Shown here piece by piece: positions 9,274 through 19,786 of a DNA stretch of 64,000 bases (within the stretch, counting starts at the first letter, position 1; each line of letters starts with the position of its first letter). The stretch lies in the IMG/VR virus record IMGVR_UViG_3300031603_000003, positions 15,542 to 79,541 of that record, one strand, 5' to 3'. The notes below the pieces were generated by a model, which was not told the DNA's origin, made no database searches, and worked only from the letters and a program-made list of their open reading frames with translations. The stretch comes from a virus. The translations under genes were made by a program, and so were the position numbers.

Positions 9274-12180
9274 TTAACGTTCTGTTGGGGCTTCTGGGGG
9301 TGCTGCTGATGCAACACTCTCTACTAAGTAAGATGGTTTCTTGTATACTGGTAGATCATTCTGTTTCTCGATAGTTACATTACGATCATAACCAAAGGCT
9401 ACAGAAAACTTAGTGTACTCACCTGCTGAGTTGGCGGGCCAGTATCCTTTACTACTCCAATCTGTGTCCCACATAGATATAATAATTTCCTCACCGGCTG
9501 GTACATACAAGTCAGTAGGCATTATAATGGAACTAGGTTCATATATTTGAGGCCACAATGCTACGCTCTCAGATATACCAGGTACGCTAATGGATAATGG
9601 GTAACCTGCTGTTACCTGAGCTTGTTGCCATGTTCCACTACTTTCGTCAGAAACATAAACAGCAGCGATGGTAAAGTTATTATCATCTACAACTTCAACT
9701 ACGTAGTCTTCGCCGTTATAGTTTAATGTACCCCGAATAGTGACGAGATTATCGTCCGATAAACCATGATCGGTAGATAGGATATTGATTCTACCTGCAT
9801 TGGCTGTTATAATACTAGATATGGCAGCACCGCCTATGGTAGCAGCACCACCGGTCATGTACATAACTTGAATTTGTAAGGATGTGATGTGAATGTTACT
9901 ATCCAGGGCAACTACACCTAGTTTCATACGATCAGTATCTGGAGTAATCCACTTAGTGACATCCTCTTCAATGGTAAATGTACCTACTTGGTGGGTAAAC
10001 CCGGCATCGTCTATAGTAAGTGATCCACCTGTACCGCTACCTAAGGTAGCGGAAGACAAGAGATTACCTTCACCTATAGAGAAGACTTCAACATTCATTG
10101 TACGTCCATTGTCACAATTGATAGGAAAGAGTACTGTGTTACCTTCTGGTCTGTCGATGAATAAAGTTTGTACGGCGTTGGTTATAGTTCCCCACTTCTC
10201 GTACGCTTTGCACATATAACCTACGGCACCTGTTACTTGTTCAAGAGATACTACTAGTCCATAGGTAGTTCCGAACATTGTTATGGTGCCTGGGGCTGCT
10301 GGCGCTTCGACGGCGGGGGAGAACGCAACGGTATTTACTACCTTAGCTGCGTAATCGATACCAGTTGCCATAGTAACTGAGGCTACTAAGCCAACGTCAG
10401 CCGGTACATCGTAGAATCTAGTGTACGTGGAGGCGATTGCTTCCCTAGTACGTGATACAACTTTACGACGGAAGTAAGTATTCCCATCCACTGTCCATGT
10501 TAGTTCAACGTGTGCGCGCTCTCCTGCTGCACTGATAGTGAATGCTACATTCTGGCTAGGCCATGGCCCAGACACTCCGAAGTAACTCATAGGAACTTCA
10601 ATGTAATTAATCAAACTCTGGTAACCTACTACCTTGCAAGGGGTGGCTAGGTTAGGGAAATATATGTAATCACCAGTACGATCTTCTGTAAGTATGGATG
10701 ATACTAATTTATAGAACTTGAAACCAGCACGAGGCTTAAGCTCTTGCTCTTTGTCGTCTGGATCATCTAAATTACCTGTAATAGTAACATCACCATCGGT
10801 GCCTTCGTCTCCCCATTTGACCTGAATATAACGTTTACCGTTCTCAATAGGCACGGGCCATTCAGTGTCCGTGACTATTTCAAACCCATCACTGATAGTA
10901 ACAGAGTTGGGTCTGGTTATTAAACCGCCATTTGGTAAGTGTACATCATCAAATGCTGGATCAATTCGTATTGGTATATCGAATGTATTACTCTGTGGTA
11001 TCCATGTTGGTACAGTAGCAGTCTGCCTTATTATATATGCACCTTCGGTTGCGAAATCTAACTCTAACTTGTCCGTAGCTTCTTGGTAAGTCCAACGGTA
11101 AGACATGCCAGCAAGTTGTATAGCCTGAGCACTCCCAACATCGTTAGTAATTTCAATGCGAAAATCACCAATCGTAGGGTTAAGTTCAAAGATCATTAAT
11201 TCAGCATCTAACATATCATTACTTAGTAACGTGGTAGTGTAATTGCCTATTGCTTTAACAGTAACTAAATCACTAGGTACTGTGACATCTAGTACTAGTT
11301 CAAACGTATCGTAATCTATAGGGGAACTGGGCATTGTAAAGCCAGTAGATGTTCCCTGGTTGCGCCAGCATGTAGCTGTATCCGCTACTGCGATTTCAAT
11401 AAATGCACTAGTAATAAGTGTATAAGTACCATTCCAGTGGTCAGTATCACTATCAGTATCCCACTGTAAACTATTAATTAGGTTGTCTGGGTAGCCCATG
11501 TGAGAGCCCGAGCGTAATGTAAATGCACTTCCAGGTAAAATCTGTGCGTCAGTCTCAGCGTCGAGTATGTCCCACTGCCAAGTAGTTACTGGGTTGATAG
11601 AAGGATAGACGCTAAGGTTAAGAAAAGTCATAGCTGCTACTGGACTAACGGTATTACTGATACGCATTGTTTGATCCATAGTCCAGGCCCGTACAACTGG
11701 CCCATCTAAAGTCTCAAGGTATGCGAGCTTATCTATTACTGGGAGTACTATGTACACCCATTTAGTCTTAGCTGTACCATCATTCCAACTTAAGTTCGCA
11801 CCGACGGTAACGAATGTGATAGGATTATTTGGAAAGGTCGGAACACCGCTTGGTGTGAACATACGTTCAAAGTCTGCCGGTACTCCGCCAAGTGCACCGG
11901 TTATACCGGACACACTCCACTCGGTTATTGCTCCACCAACTGTGGCCTCTTGCCATATAGTAGCATTGAATATATTAATAGTGCTGGGTTCAAATGTTTG
12001 GGAGTCAGAATCCCACCATATAATATCTGTGTCGCTACGCAACATCGGAACTACATCGAAATCATCAGCTCCTGCGTTGATGTAATCAAAATATTGGTTC
12101 CACATTTGTGCGGTAATAGTTGTTGGTTTATCTGTAGCTAAGTACACCGCTTGTGGTATTACTGGATAAGTTATTGGCAT
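9274..12180 (-). CDS. Multidomain virion appendage protein (PKD-like, FN3-like and FCCH-like modules; 968 aa)
   Basis: MTFLNLS...TWQWD and FATEGAYIIRQT are PKD-like; PAAPGTIT...VTGAVGY is FN3-like; DHGLSDDNLVTIRG..NYNG is the shared small beta module. Confidence 0.65.
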   Translation of the reverse strand: MPITYPVIPQAVYLATDKPTTITAQMWNQYFDYINAGADDFDVVPMLRSDTDIIWWDSDSQTFEPSTINIFNATIWQEATVGGAITEWSVSGITGALGGVPADFERMFTPSGVPTFPNNPITFVTVGANLSWNDGTAKTKWVYIVLPVIDKLAYLETLDGPVVRAWTMDQTMRISNTVSPVAAMTFLNLSVYPSINPVTTWQWDILDAETDAQILPGSAFTLRSGSHMGYPDNLINSLQWDTDSDTDHWNGTYTLITSAFIEIAVADTATCWRNQGTSTGFTMPSSPIDYDTFELVLDVTVPSDLVTVKAIGNYTTTLLSNDMLDAELMIFELNPTIGDFRIEITNDVGSAQAIQLAGMSYRWTYQEATDKLELDFATEGAYIIRQTATVPTWIPQSNTFDIPIRIDPAFDDVHLPNGGLITRPNSVTISDGFEIVTDTEWPVPIENGKRYIQVKWGDEGTDGDVTITGNLDDPDDKEQELKPRAGFKFYKLVSSILTEDRTGDYIYFPNLATPCKVVGYQSLINYIEVPMSYFGVSGPWPSQNVAFTISAAGERAHVELTWTVDGNTYFRRKVVSRTREAIASTYTRFYDVPADVGLVASVTMATGIDYAAKVVNTVAFSPAVEAPAAPGTITMFGTTYGLVVSLEQVTGAVGYMCKAYEKWGTITNAVQTLFIDRPEGNTVLFPINCDNGRTMNVEVFSIGEGNLLSSATLGSGTGGSLTIDDAGFTHQVGTFTIEEDVTKWITPDTDRMKLGVVALDSNIHITSLQIQVMYMTGGAATIGGAAISSIITANAGRINILSTDHGLSDDNLVTIRGTLNYNGEDYVVEVVDDNNFTIAAVYVSDESSGTWQQAQVTAGYPLSISVPGISESVALWPQIYEPSSIIMPTDLYVPAGEEIIISMWDTDWSSKGYWPANSAGEYTKFSVAFGYDRNVTIEKQNDLPVYKKPSYLVESVASAAPPEAPTER

Positions 12181-12197
12181 GACTGGGTCCTTTCACC

Positions 12198-14567
12198 CTA
12201 GGTGGTCTTGTAAAGATCTACTGTCAATGTTATGGCATCACTATCTGGGTTGAGAACGATAGTGATCTGTTGCATTGTAGTTCCGTATGGGAAGTTAACA
12301 GTATATGGAATAAATAGTAAACCGTCGAGGCGGCTCTTGATTATGGTATCAGGTTCTTGTATAGCTACTAATGCATCGGTGTAGTCCAAGGCATTAACAT
12401 TAGCTATGTCATCGGCGTACATTGGGCCGTGTCCGTTACGTCCTGTAACTATATGTTCACCGTTTATATTACTAGCAATACCTCCACCGTTAGCTACACC
12501 GGTGACTACCATGATATCTCCATTAACAAAGATGTCTTTATCTACAGAATATGCCAACGCAAGTGCGACGTTAACAGATTCATCTTCAACTCCAGAGAAG
12601 ACTATAGTATCACTGGTAGACCGTACTATAAAATCCGTGCCGGCTACTCTGTTTGAATCTGCATCAAATGGTTTAACAACGATCAGAATCTCAGTGCCGC
12701 TTGGAACTACGGGGGTGGTAGCGTGAACCTCAGCACTAGTAAGGACAGAAGGGTCGGCTAGTGATATAATAGCACGTTCGAGATCATACTTCTGTGTGTC
12801 CTTGGGTATACCGGTACTTACTAATCCATCTAGTGCACGCTCATAAAACCAAGTAGGTTTAGCTACGGTGAACGTACCAGTCTGTGTATGATCCATGGTT
12901 ATAGTTATCTCACCGTCGGAATCAATATCTTCGTAAAAGATCAGTGCACCTTCTGTGCCATTAACGGTCCAGTCGTCTAGGGATTCATTTAGATGTTGCA
13001 TGTACGTAGACATAGTAGCTGCTTCCTCTGCGGAGTATACAGCCTTAGTATGTTTGGCAAATATCTGACGTGGATAACTAAGCAAATCCACTATGTTTGG
13101 GTCGTACGCGCCGGCTTCGTCCACTGCGCCATTGATTGCGTTTGCATAATTAATTTGATGTTGGTGCTGGAATAGAGGGTAGTACCCTCCATCTTCTAGA
13201 GCGGTAGTACTGTCTGCGGGAACCGTCATGGTGTGCCGTTTGTACACAGCTACTTCATCGTAAAGGGCCCAGTTCGTGGATTCAACACTTAGATCTAATA
13301 CAAGTACACCAGTACTGTAGTTAAAACTAAACACATCATGTACTTCTTCGTCCGACAAACCACCTATAGTATCTACTAGGAAGAATCCATAAAACCCCGC
13401 GGCAGTCACTGGATGAGTACTTGGACTCAAGGTTACAGTTAACCTATTATTAACCACATCTTCGGCGATATCTCCATCGGTAAATGATACATAAGGCATA
13501 AACTCTACGTAACCATTTGTACCGAACGCTGGTAAAGGGAACGCAAGAACAGAAGTAGGAGCCTGAGTGTGTATAGTAGCAGGTGTAACCTGAAGAGGGT
13601 TATCCACTTGGCTATCCTGTGTGTATACATCTTCTTCATTGTCTTTAATACCTAGTGCGCCGGCGATGAATAGTTTAAGTCCGTCCCACATTACTTGCCC
13701 ATGTGTGAGCATAATGTTGCCATCCGCTGATAGTTCTACTTGCGGGACTAGATCTGTATGTTTACGGAGCACGCCGTTGTAGTGATTACCTTGGCCGGCT
13801 TCTAGTGACAAGCTGTCGAACCGCGTTGGGTATAGACCAGCCGGTTGTGGGTTATCCCAACGATGTGTGTCCCATTTAAAACGACCCCAGGTAAAACCAT
13901 AACCGCCGGCGTTCATGATTAATTCATATATTTCACTAGTAAGCTCTGTCCGTATGACTTCGGGATCGTCGAACGCGTATACTTTAATCTGATCGTCAAG
14001 TGGTGTTTGTTTGCCAGCTACACTTGGGTAATTATATTCTAACTGTAATGTTTCAGTATCTAACAGTTCAATTGTGAATGTCACATCATCGCCGTCATCA
14101 ATCTGCACGTCGGGTTGTCCATATATTAAACCAGAGTCAGCGTACGTTCCAGCTGTAACCCAAGGTGCTGCTGGGGCAATGAACTTTCCATTAGCGTCAA
14201 ACTCCATTTGTTCAACGCCTACATAGTTTACTGTATTTGTATTCCATCCTGCAGCAATTAAGTCATCCCTCGATGGTAACCTGAAATCTTGGTTATCTGG
14301 TATGTCAATATAGACACCACGTCTGGGGTACGGGTCGTAAGGTACAGTATCAAAATGTGCTGCTAGGGTATTGATTATACCCTGGTGCGTGGAATCTGAC
14401 GGTGATAGAGTTAATCTCTTGAATAAATCTTGGAGGTTCATAACTGTGTATGTACTACCAGGTTTCTCTGGTATTCCGAAGATGAATTGATCACGGTTGA
14501 TCTCCATTTGAGTATCAACGAAACGTTTAAAGCTACTACCCTTATCTACTATTGGTGCATAACTCAT
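12198..14567 (-). CDS. Putative baseplate wedge/structural protein (789 aa)
   Basis: Long ORF downstream of baseplate J; aromatic motif FTWGRFKWD; C-terminal FVNGDIMVVTGV..NINGEH module. Confidence 0.6.
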   Translation of the reverse strand: MSYAPIVDKGSSFKRFVDTQMEINRDQFIFGIPEKPGSTYTVMNLQDLFKRLTLSPSDSTHQGIINTLAAHFDTVPYDPYPRRGVYIDIPDNQDFRLPSRDDLIAAGWNTNTVNYVGVEQMEFDANGKFIAPAAPWVTAGTYADSGLIYGQPDVQIDDGDDVTFTIELLDTETLQLEYNYPSVAGKQTPLDDQIKVYAFDDPEVIRTELTSEIYELIMNAGGYGFTWGRFKWDTHRWDNPQPAGLYPTRFDSLSLEAGQGNHYNGVLRKHTDLVPQVELSADGNIMLTHGQVMWDGLKLFIAGALGIKDNEEDVYTQDSQVDNPLQVTPATIHTQAPTSVLAFPLPAFGTNGYVEFMPYVSFTDGDIAEDVVNNRLTVTLSPSTHPVTAAGFYGFFLVDTIGGLSDEEVHDVFSFNYSTGVLVLDLSVESTNWALYDEVAVYKRHTMTVPADSTTALEDGGYYPLFQHQHQINYANAINGAVDEAGAYDPNIVDLLSYPRQIFAKHTKAVYSAEEAATMSTYMQHLNESLDDWTVNGTEGALIFYEDIDSDGEITITMDHTQTGTFTVAKPTWFYERALDGLVSTGIPKDTQKYDLERAIISLADPSVLTSAEVHATTPVVPSGTEILIVVKPFDADSNRVAGTDFIVRSTSDTIVFSGVEDESVNVALALAYSVDKDIFVNGDIMVVTGVANGGGIASNINGEHIVTGRNGHGPMYADDIANVNALDYTDALVAIQEPDTIIKSRLDGLLFIPYTVNFPYGTTMQQITIVLNPDSDAITLTVDLYKTT

Positions 14568-17500
14568 ACTAATCCTTCCTCGAATAATCTGTATCCCGCA
14601 TACTGCTCAATAGCAAAATCAGTATTTAATTGTAAGTCTTCGTACTCGTACTTAGTATACATAGTATAAATACGATGGGTGGATTGGTCGACATCTAGTT
14701 CCCAGGAACTAAGGTAATAGTCATAGCTAGGATCATATTTAAGAACTTGGAAGTCTGACGAACCATCCAGCCCTAGAACATATAAAGTATTATCAGCGCC
14801 AAATGTAAAGCCCTGTATTGTATAACCTTCTGGCGGTGTTACGGCGTACGCCCACTTAATAGAGCCATCTACTGGAGATATGCAATATAGATTACCTAAA
14901 TCTGTTAGTACTGCCCAGTGGTCGTAGAATTCACGTATCCATAATAGTGTTTCGTTGGCTATAGCTGGCGAAATAGGTATGAATTCAGCATCAGAGTCTT
15001 GGTGCTGATCGATCTTGATAAAGCTTCTAGCGGATGTATTGATTACTTGTGCCCTAACTTTGCCCATAGTACCATCTATCTCGTACTGCAGCTCACCATT
15101 TGTCAAAGGTGAGTATGTAATATCGGTGGTTAGTCTAAGGTTATCAATTACTAACCGGTCTCGGCGTACAAAGTTTATTATGTCTGAAGCCGACAAGGCT
15201 ACACTAGCAGGTGCTGGACCTGTTCTAGAAAAGACTTTAGTAACTGTACGCTTGGCCTTGTACCGTACATCCACAGTTAATGGGCCGGCTGTGATTACTG
15301 GTTCAACTGTAACGAACCCAGAGTAAGCTTGTACCTCTACGCTAACACCTACACCAGAAGCATCAGTAACTTTAACATTCTCCGGTACTACATCGAATAA
15401 CTCTGCATCACTGGTTAGATCCTTAGTGAACTGTACAGTAGGATCAGCCCAAGTAGAAGAGCTGAGCTTAGCTCCAGTTATATCGAGGTCAACAGACTCA
15501 CCTTGTTGTACTCTGATGTCTGCTATAAGTAATTTGTTACCAACACGCTGAGTTAATTCGAGTGGTACTTCAGCAGTTAAGGAGTCTGGGAATAACGCAG
15601 GGCTACTTTCAAAGTTTAGACCAGCACGTTGCTTATTGCCATGGAAATATGGAGTAATATTAAAGCCACCGGCTGTTGCCTTTGCTTTAGTATACTCTAA
15701 TGCTAATCCATTAGGTGAAAGCACTTGTGTTAGCTCACCGTCCTGCATGTACGGGTAGTGGTGTATTCTTCCGGGTATTCCGGTAGCGGACTGGTAAGTA
15801 TGGTCAGCCTGCTGGAAAATATGAATGTATTGGTAAGACGCTACGTTACTAACAGCTAGGTGATATGGGCTGTCAGTTAGGTTAAAAAGAACGTCCTGAT
15901 ATACGTCGTTTACCCATTGTTGTGTGAAGCGGTCAACTGGTCTTGCGGTTGGTGCTTCTACTAAGGCTGCAGTAGCTACGTGCCCTGGTGCAATAGCGAG
16001 CAGCGTTAGATAACCAGTGAAAGTTTGGGCCAAGGCTTGGTCTGATCCCCAGGCGATACTTAAGTCGAAGGGTCCAGCAACTGGAGCGCCAGCTTGTGTT
16101 ACCGCAGCGCCGTCGTCCACTTGTAAGCTGATTTCATCAGACTTAATTATAATACGAAAATGGTGATCAGTGTTGACATCAAATGTTAGTGATGATACAA
16201 CGACAGATGTTAAGCCAGTGTACGACAGGGTAGCAGTATCGGCACCTAGTGCCAGCTTTACGCTTAGACTTTCAGTGGTGTTATACAGTTCGACAACTGT
16301 ATCACCGTTATCTCCACCTGTCCATCCGCCTTCTATAGTCATACTATTAGTAATGGTATCTGCTAACACTGAGGATGTGTACGCACGAAGACCGTAGGCA
16401 GAGCGGACAAAGTTGTTTACGGTTACGGCTGGTATTTCGGTGGACGCTTCCCATGTGTACCCTGTAAATAAGCTTAAGTCTATATCATTAACCTGTGTAC
16501 TATCATGTACTATATCACCAGCACCCTCTTGTAATGTATATCTAGCTAATAAGTTAGAAGCTTCTACTAATAATGAACCAGGGGCATACGCCACTGACGT
16601 ACCTGCATGTGCAGTGTCGAACGCAATTTCATTACCTGTCCAAGGTAGTGTCCAATATTCGGTAGGACCAACAGCGCCGTTATCTCCTCCCCATTTCTTA
16701 ACCGGTACGACGGAAATAGCAGCAAGTACGGCATCTTCACTAGCTCGTAGTACGCCATTGACGTATAGCTTAACTGTTACATTATCGTAAGTTACTACAA
16801 CACGATAGAATTCCAAGCTAGCTGGTAATGCGGTAGTTAGAGTAACGGTATCGAACACTGTGTTTAAGTAACCAGAGGTATCCACATAGCAATGTCCAGA
16901 CGCATCCCTACCAGAACCGGGTCTTAATGTTGTAGCAAATGTAAAGCCGTCCATGGATGTATCGTATAATGATATTGGAATTTCTACAGTATCGGTCAAC
17001 TCGACTTTAATGTCATCCATGAATGCTTTTTGTGTATTAGCAACAGAGCTGTAACCATCTATTGCCACGTAGTATGTGGCCGTAACTGGTGGCGTAATCT
17101 CCATAGAATAAGAGGCGTAGGTAGTACTTAAATTAAAACTCGTGTTACTATCCCACGAAGCGTACGTAGGGGTCTCCTGCAGACCTACGCGAAATCTATT
17201 GGCGGTTTCGCCTTTACCTTTGAAGCTAAACGTGTACGTCATTCCTCCTATTAATTCAATACCAGGAGAGTAACAGGGATTAGCAAATACATTACAATGA
17301 AATTTCATATGCATTAGACCGGTAGGTGGGTTCACGTAAGGTGCGGCACCAGCTGCACCGTCATCCCAGTAATCTTGGAAACCATTCTTGGTCCAGCCAG
17401 ATGTAGCATTAGGGTAAGTGCCAATAACATGATCTTCGGATGTCTCTTCATACACTATGTCCATCGGTGTAAATGCACCCGTAATGACAAAGGTTTCGTA

Positions 17501-18226
17501 GGTATCTGCAGTCTCGATGTTCGCAACACGTTGTTGTATCAAGATGTCGGTAGTACTGTTCATTAAATCTATAAGGAATATATCCTGATACACATTAGGA
17601 GATCCATTGACAGTGTACGAGAATGTATCCTCGCCTGTGGTGATACGCTCATCTCTACCGGTTGTGCGGTAAGACTGTATGCTCTCAGTAATAGGCACAT
17701 TAGCAGTTGTATAATCAACAAAGTATATCTGGAAAGACGCATCGAGATCGGCTGTTTCTTTCAGTAGTAATACCAAGGCGTCCTGTGCTACTGCATCTTC
17801 GCTACGTTTTAGTTCGTGTACGTACCTTATGTCCAGTACTACTCTGCCTGCAATCTCAGCGAAGTCCCAACTACTGAATGTACTATCTGTATCATAGTAT
17901 GTAGGTGGTGCTAACCTGAAATCTAATAGGGTCGACACGGGTGTAATATATCGTGATTTATTTGCATCCATCAGAGTGGGCTCTGTGTTAATAACTTCAG
18001 ATATTGGTACTGAAAATCTAGATCTATACCACCCTCGCATAGCGTACGGTGGGGTTTTACGTAATGAGGCAAGGTTAACCTCAGCGTTTATAACTCTGTC
18101 TAGTCTGTCTAGTTCTGCACCTAGTATATCAAAGGGTTTAATAATGGCTGATGTTTCATATAGATTAGTCCAGACCGGCATACGCCCAAGTACTCTGTTT
18201 ACTACATGTTTACCTCTGGACGGCAT
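14564..18226 (-). CDS. Baseplate protein with inserted carbohydrate-binding (CBM-like) and two LamG/ConA-like domains (1220 aa)
   Basis: Follows baseplate J. GGMTYTFSFKGKG...MDDIKVE is CBM4/9-like; FYRVVVTYDNVTVKLYVNG and DHHFRIIIKSDEISLQVDD are LamG-like. Confidence 0.7.
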   Translation of the reverse strand: MPSRGKHVVNRVLGRMPVWTNLYETSAIIKPFDILGAELDRLDRVINAEVNLASLRKTPPYAMRGWYRSRFSVPISEVINTEPTLMDANKSRYITPVSTLLDFRLAPPTYYDTDSTFSSWDFAEIAGRVVLDIRYVHELKRSEDAVAQDALVLLLKETADLDASFQIYFVDYTTANVPITESIQSYRTTGRDERITTGEDTFSYTVNGSPNVYQDIFLIDLMNSTTDILIQQRVANIETADTYETFVITGAFTPMDIVYEETSEDHVIGTYPNATSGWTKNGFQDYWDDGAAGAAPYVNPPTGLMHMKFHCNVFANPCYSPGIELIGGMTYTFSFKGKGETANRFRVGLQETPTYASWDSNTSFNLSTTYASYSMEITPPVTATYYVAIDGYSSVANTQKAFMDDIKVELTDTVEIPISLYDTSMDGFTFATTLRPGSGRDASGHCYVDTSGYLNTVFDTVTLTTALPASLEFYRVVVTYDNVTVKLYVNGVLRASEDAVLAAISVVPVKKWGGDNGAVGPTEYWTLPWTGNEIAFDTAHAGTSVAYAPGSLLVEASNLLARYTLQEGAGDIVHDSTQVNDIDLSLFTGYTWEASTEIPAVTVNNFVRSAYGLRAYTSSVLADTITNSMTIEGGWTGGDNGDTVVELYNTTESLSVKLALGADTATLSYTGLTSVVVSSLTFDVNTDHHFRIIIKSDEISLQVDDGAAVTQAGAPVAGPFDLSIAWGSDQALAQTFTGYLTLLAIAPGHVATAALVEAPTARPVDRFTQQWVNDVYQDVLFNLTDSPYHLAVSNVASYQYIHIFQQADHTYQSATGIPGRIHHYPYMQDGELTQVLSPNGLALEYTKAKATAGGFNITPYFHGNKQRAGLNFESSPALFPDSLTAEVPLELTQRVGNKLLIADIRVQQGESVDLDITGAKLSSSTWADPTVQFTKDLTSDAELFDVVPENVKVTDASGVGVSVEVQAYSGFVTVEPVITAGPLTVDVRYKAKRTVTKVFSRTGPAPASVALSASDIINFVRRDRLVIDNLRLTTDITYSPLTNGELQYEIDGTMGKVRAQVINTSARSFIKIDQHQDSDAEFIPISPAIANETLLWIREFYDHWAVLTDLGNLYCISPVDGSIKWAYAVTPPEGYTIQGFTFGADNTLYVLGLDGSSDFQVLKYDPSYDYYLSSWELDVDQSTHRIYTMYTKYEYEDLQLNTDFAIEQYAGYRLFEEGLV

Positions 18227-19356
18227 TATCCACCTGCCTCACATACTTCAATGTACTCATCTGCTGTTACCCATTTCTGGTTTAAGGATGCTGGCTGGTT
18301 AGTATTTCCGATAGTTTGTTTGAATTGCACTGTTTGATTTTGTACATCATATACCCCGCGTTCTACTAAGGTAAATTGTGCGTCAATGACTCCTGGTACT
18401 GAGATTACTTCTGCTTTAAGTTGAGAGAATATTAGAATCTCACCAAGTGCTAGTTTGTTTACATACTCACGTACGGCAGCACGTACTAACGGTTTAACAC
18501 TAACCAAGTCTTTAGTAATAACTTCAACTGTACAAATGTAAAATAGATGATCTGGGTATTCAACGAACACGCGTACGCCACCGGCAGTACCACGTTGAGC
18601 TTCAGCCTGTACTTGTGCTATAAGTGCGGGACCAGTAATAGGATTGGTAGATTGTATGAACGCCGACACAGAACCAACACCATACGTATGAGGTTTAAGC
18701 GACAGTACAGCTACATTTGGGATAGCTCGGAGTCTAGCCTCCAATGCGATTAGGTTAGTATTACGGAGAATACTCCAATATCTCAACAGTCTAGGTCTAT
18801 AGTCATCGTCTACTTCAACACTGGACCCTGTTTCTATTGGCAATACATTACCTACAATTAATTCTTTATTCGTTGAGTCGTGAAACTGAAGGGAATTGGC
18901 TTCTATATTGTACCCATCACCTATACCTGTAGCTTTAACTTTAACATACATTCGTCCGTCTGGTCCTGCTGTGTCAATGGTAATGGATTCAGTAGTAGTG
19001 TACTCTATGTTAGCGGCGGTACGTACACGAGTATTAACCGGTACCGTGTAGCTAACATCACCACCTGCGGATATCTCGAAGTAAACATTCTGTCGTGTAG
19101 CGTCAGTTGCCACTTGTGCTACTGCTCTGGGCATACCTCTAAGTTCACCATATGCATCCAAATCAGCCCCGTGGCTTAACGAGGGGTCAAGGGAATTAAT
19201 TAGATTATAAGCTTGATTGTAAGCATTGAACTGCTCAACCGCTATGTTCTCGATGAGAATATATTCCGGCGAAGCTGGGTCCGGTGCTGCAGTAAACCCT
19301 GCATCCATGAATTGTTGTGTGATACGTTCTCGTAGAATGTCTAGTGTAGGATACAT
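18226..19356 (-). CDS. Baseplate J-like wedge protein (376 aa)
   Basis: GADLDAYGELRGMPR, VKATGIGDGYNI, EVDDDYRPRL, and YVNKLALGE...VISVPGVID are typical of the baseplate J/gp47 family; follows a gp25-like gene. Confidence 0.9.
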   Translation of the reverse strand: MYPTLDILRERITQQFMDAGFTAAPDPASPEYILIENIAVEQFNAYNQAYNLINSLDPSLSHGADLDAYGELRGMPRAVAQVATDATRQNVYFEISAGGDVSYTVPVNTRVRTAANIEYTTTESITIDTAGPDGRMYVKVKATGIGDGYNIEANSLQFHDSTNKELIVGNVLPIETGSSVEVDDDYRPRLLRYWSILRNTNLIALEARLRAIPNVAVLSLKPHTYGVGSVSAFIQSTNPITGPALIAQVQAEAQRGTAGGVRVFVEYPDHLFYICTVEVITKDLVSVKPLVRAAVREYVNKLALGEILIFSQLKAEVISVPGVIDAQFTLVERGVYDVQNQTVQFKQTIGNTNQPASLNQKWVTADEYIEVCEAGG

Positions 19357-19357
19357 A

Positions 19358-19786
19358 TTAGCGACCCATTAAGTTGTTTGGTGGAGGAACTGAAAGTTCT
19401 ACCGTGGTTGTAGTGTTGCCGGCCATGTGCCAAGATCCACTCTTGTACGCGAATCCAAATGTTTCATCGATCTCGGTTGTGCCGAATATAACTATGGCTA
19501 CATCAAAAGTGTTTGGTTTTGTGGTGCTCACTGTTACTTCAACCGGGTAATCTAAAAATAGATTATAGTCTAGGTAACGAGCTAATTGTTGTTCAAGCAT
19601 TCTTGCTTTTGCTGGTGTTTGTACGCTACCTATGTAGTCGCTTATACGGAATTGATTATCAAGGGCGGTGGACTGTCTTAAGAATACATATATTCTATTG
19701 TTCAGAGCTTCGTGTCCAGCGGCAGCGCGTATACGTGTGCCAGTCATCTCAATATCCCCGTCAACTGTCCAAAGCAATGTGCGCAT
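19358..19786 (-). CDS. gp25/gpW-like baseplate wedge (sheath initiator) protein (142 aa)
   Basis: Size, N-terminal DGDI motif and position directly upstream of baseplate J. Confidence 0.65.
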   Translation of the reverse strand: MRTLLWTVDGDIEMTGTRIRAAAGHEALNNRIYVFLRQSTALDNQFRISDYIGSVQTPAKARMLEQQLARYLDYNLFLDYPVEVTVSTTKPNTFDVAIVIFGTTEIDETFGFAYKSGSWHMAGNTTTTVELSVPPPNNLMGR

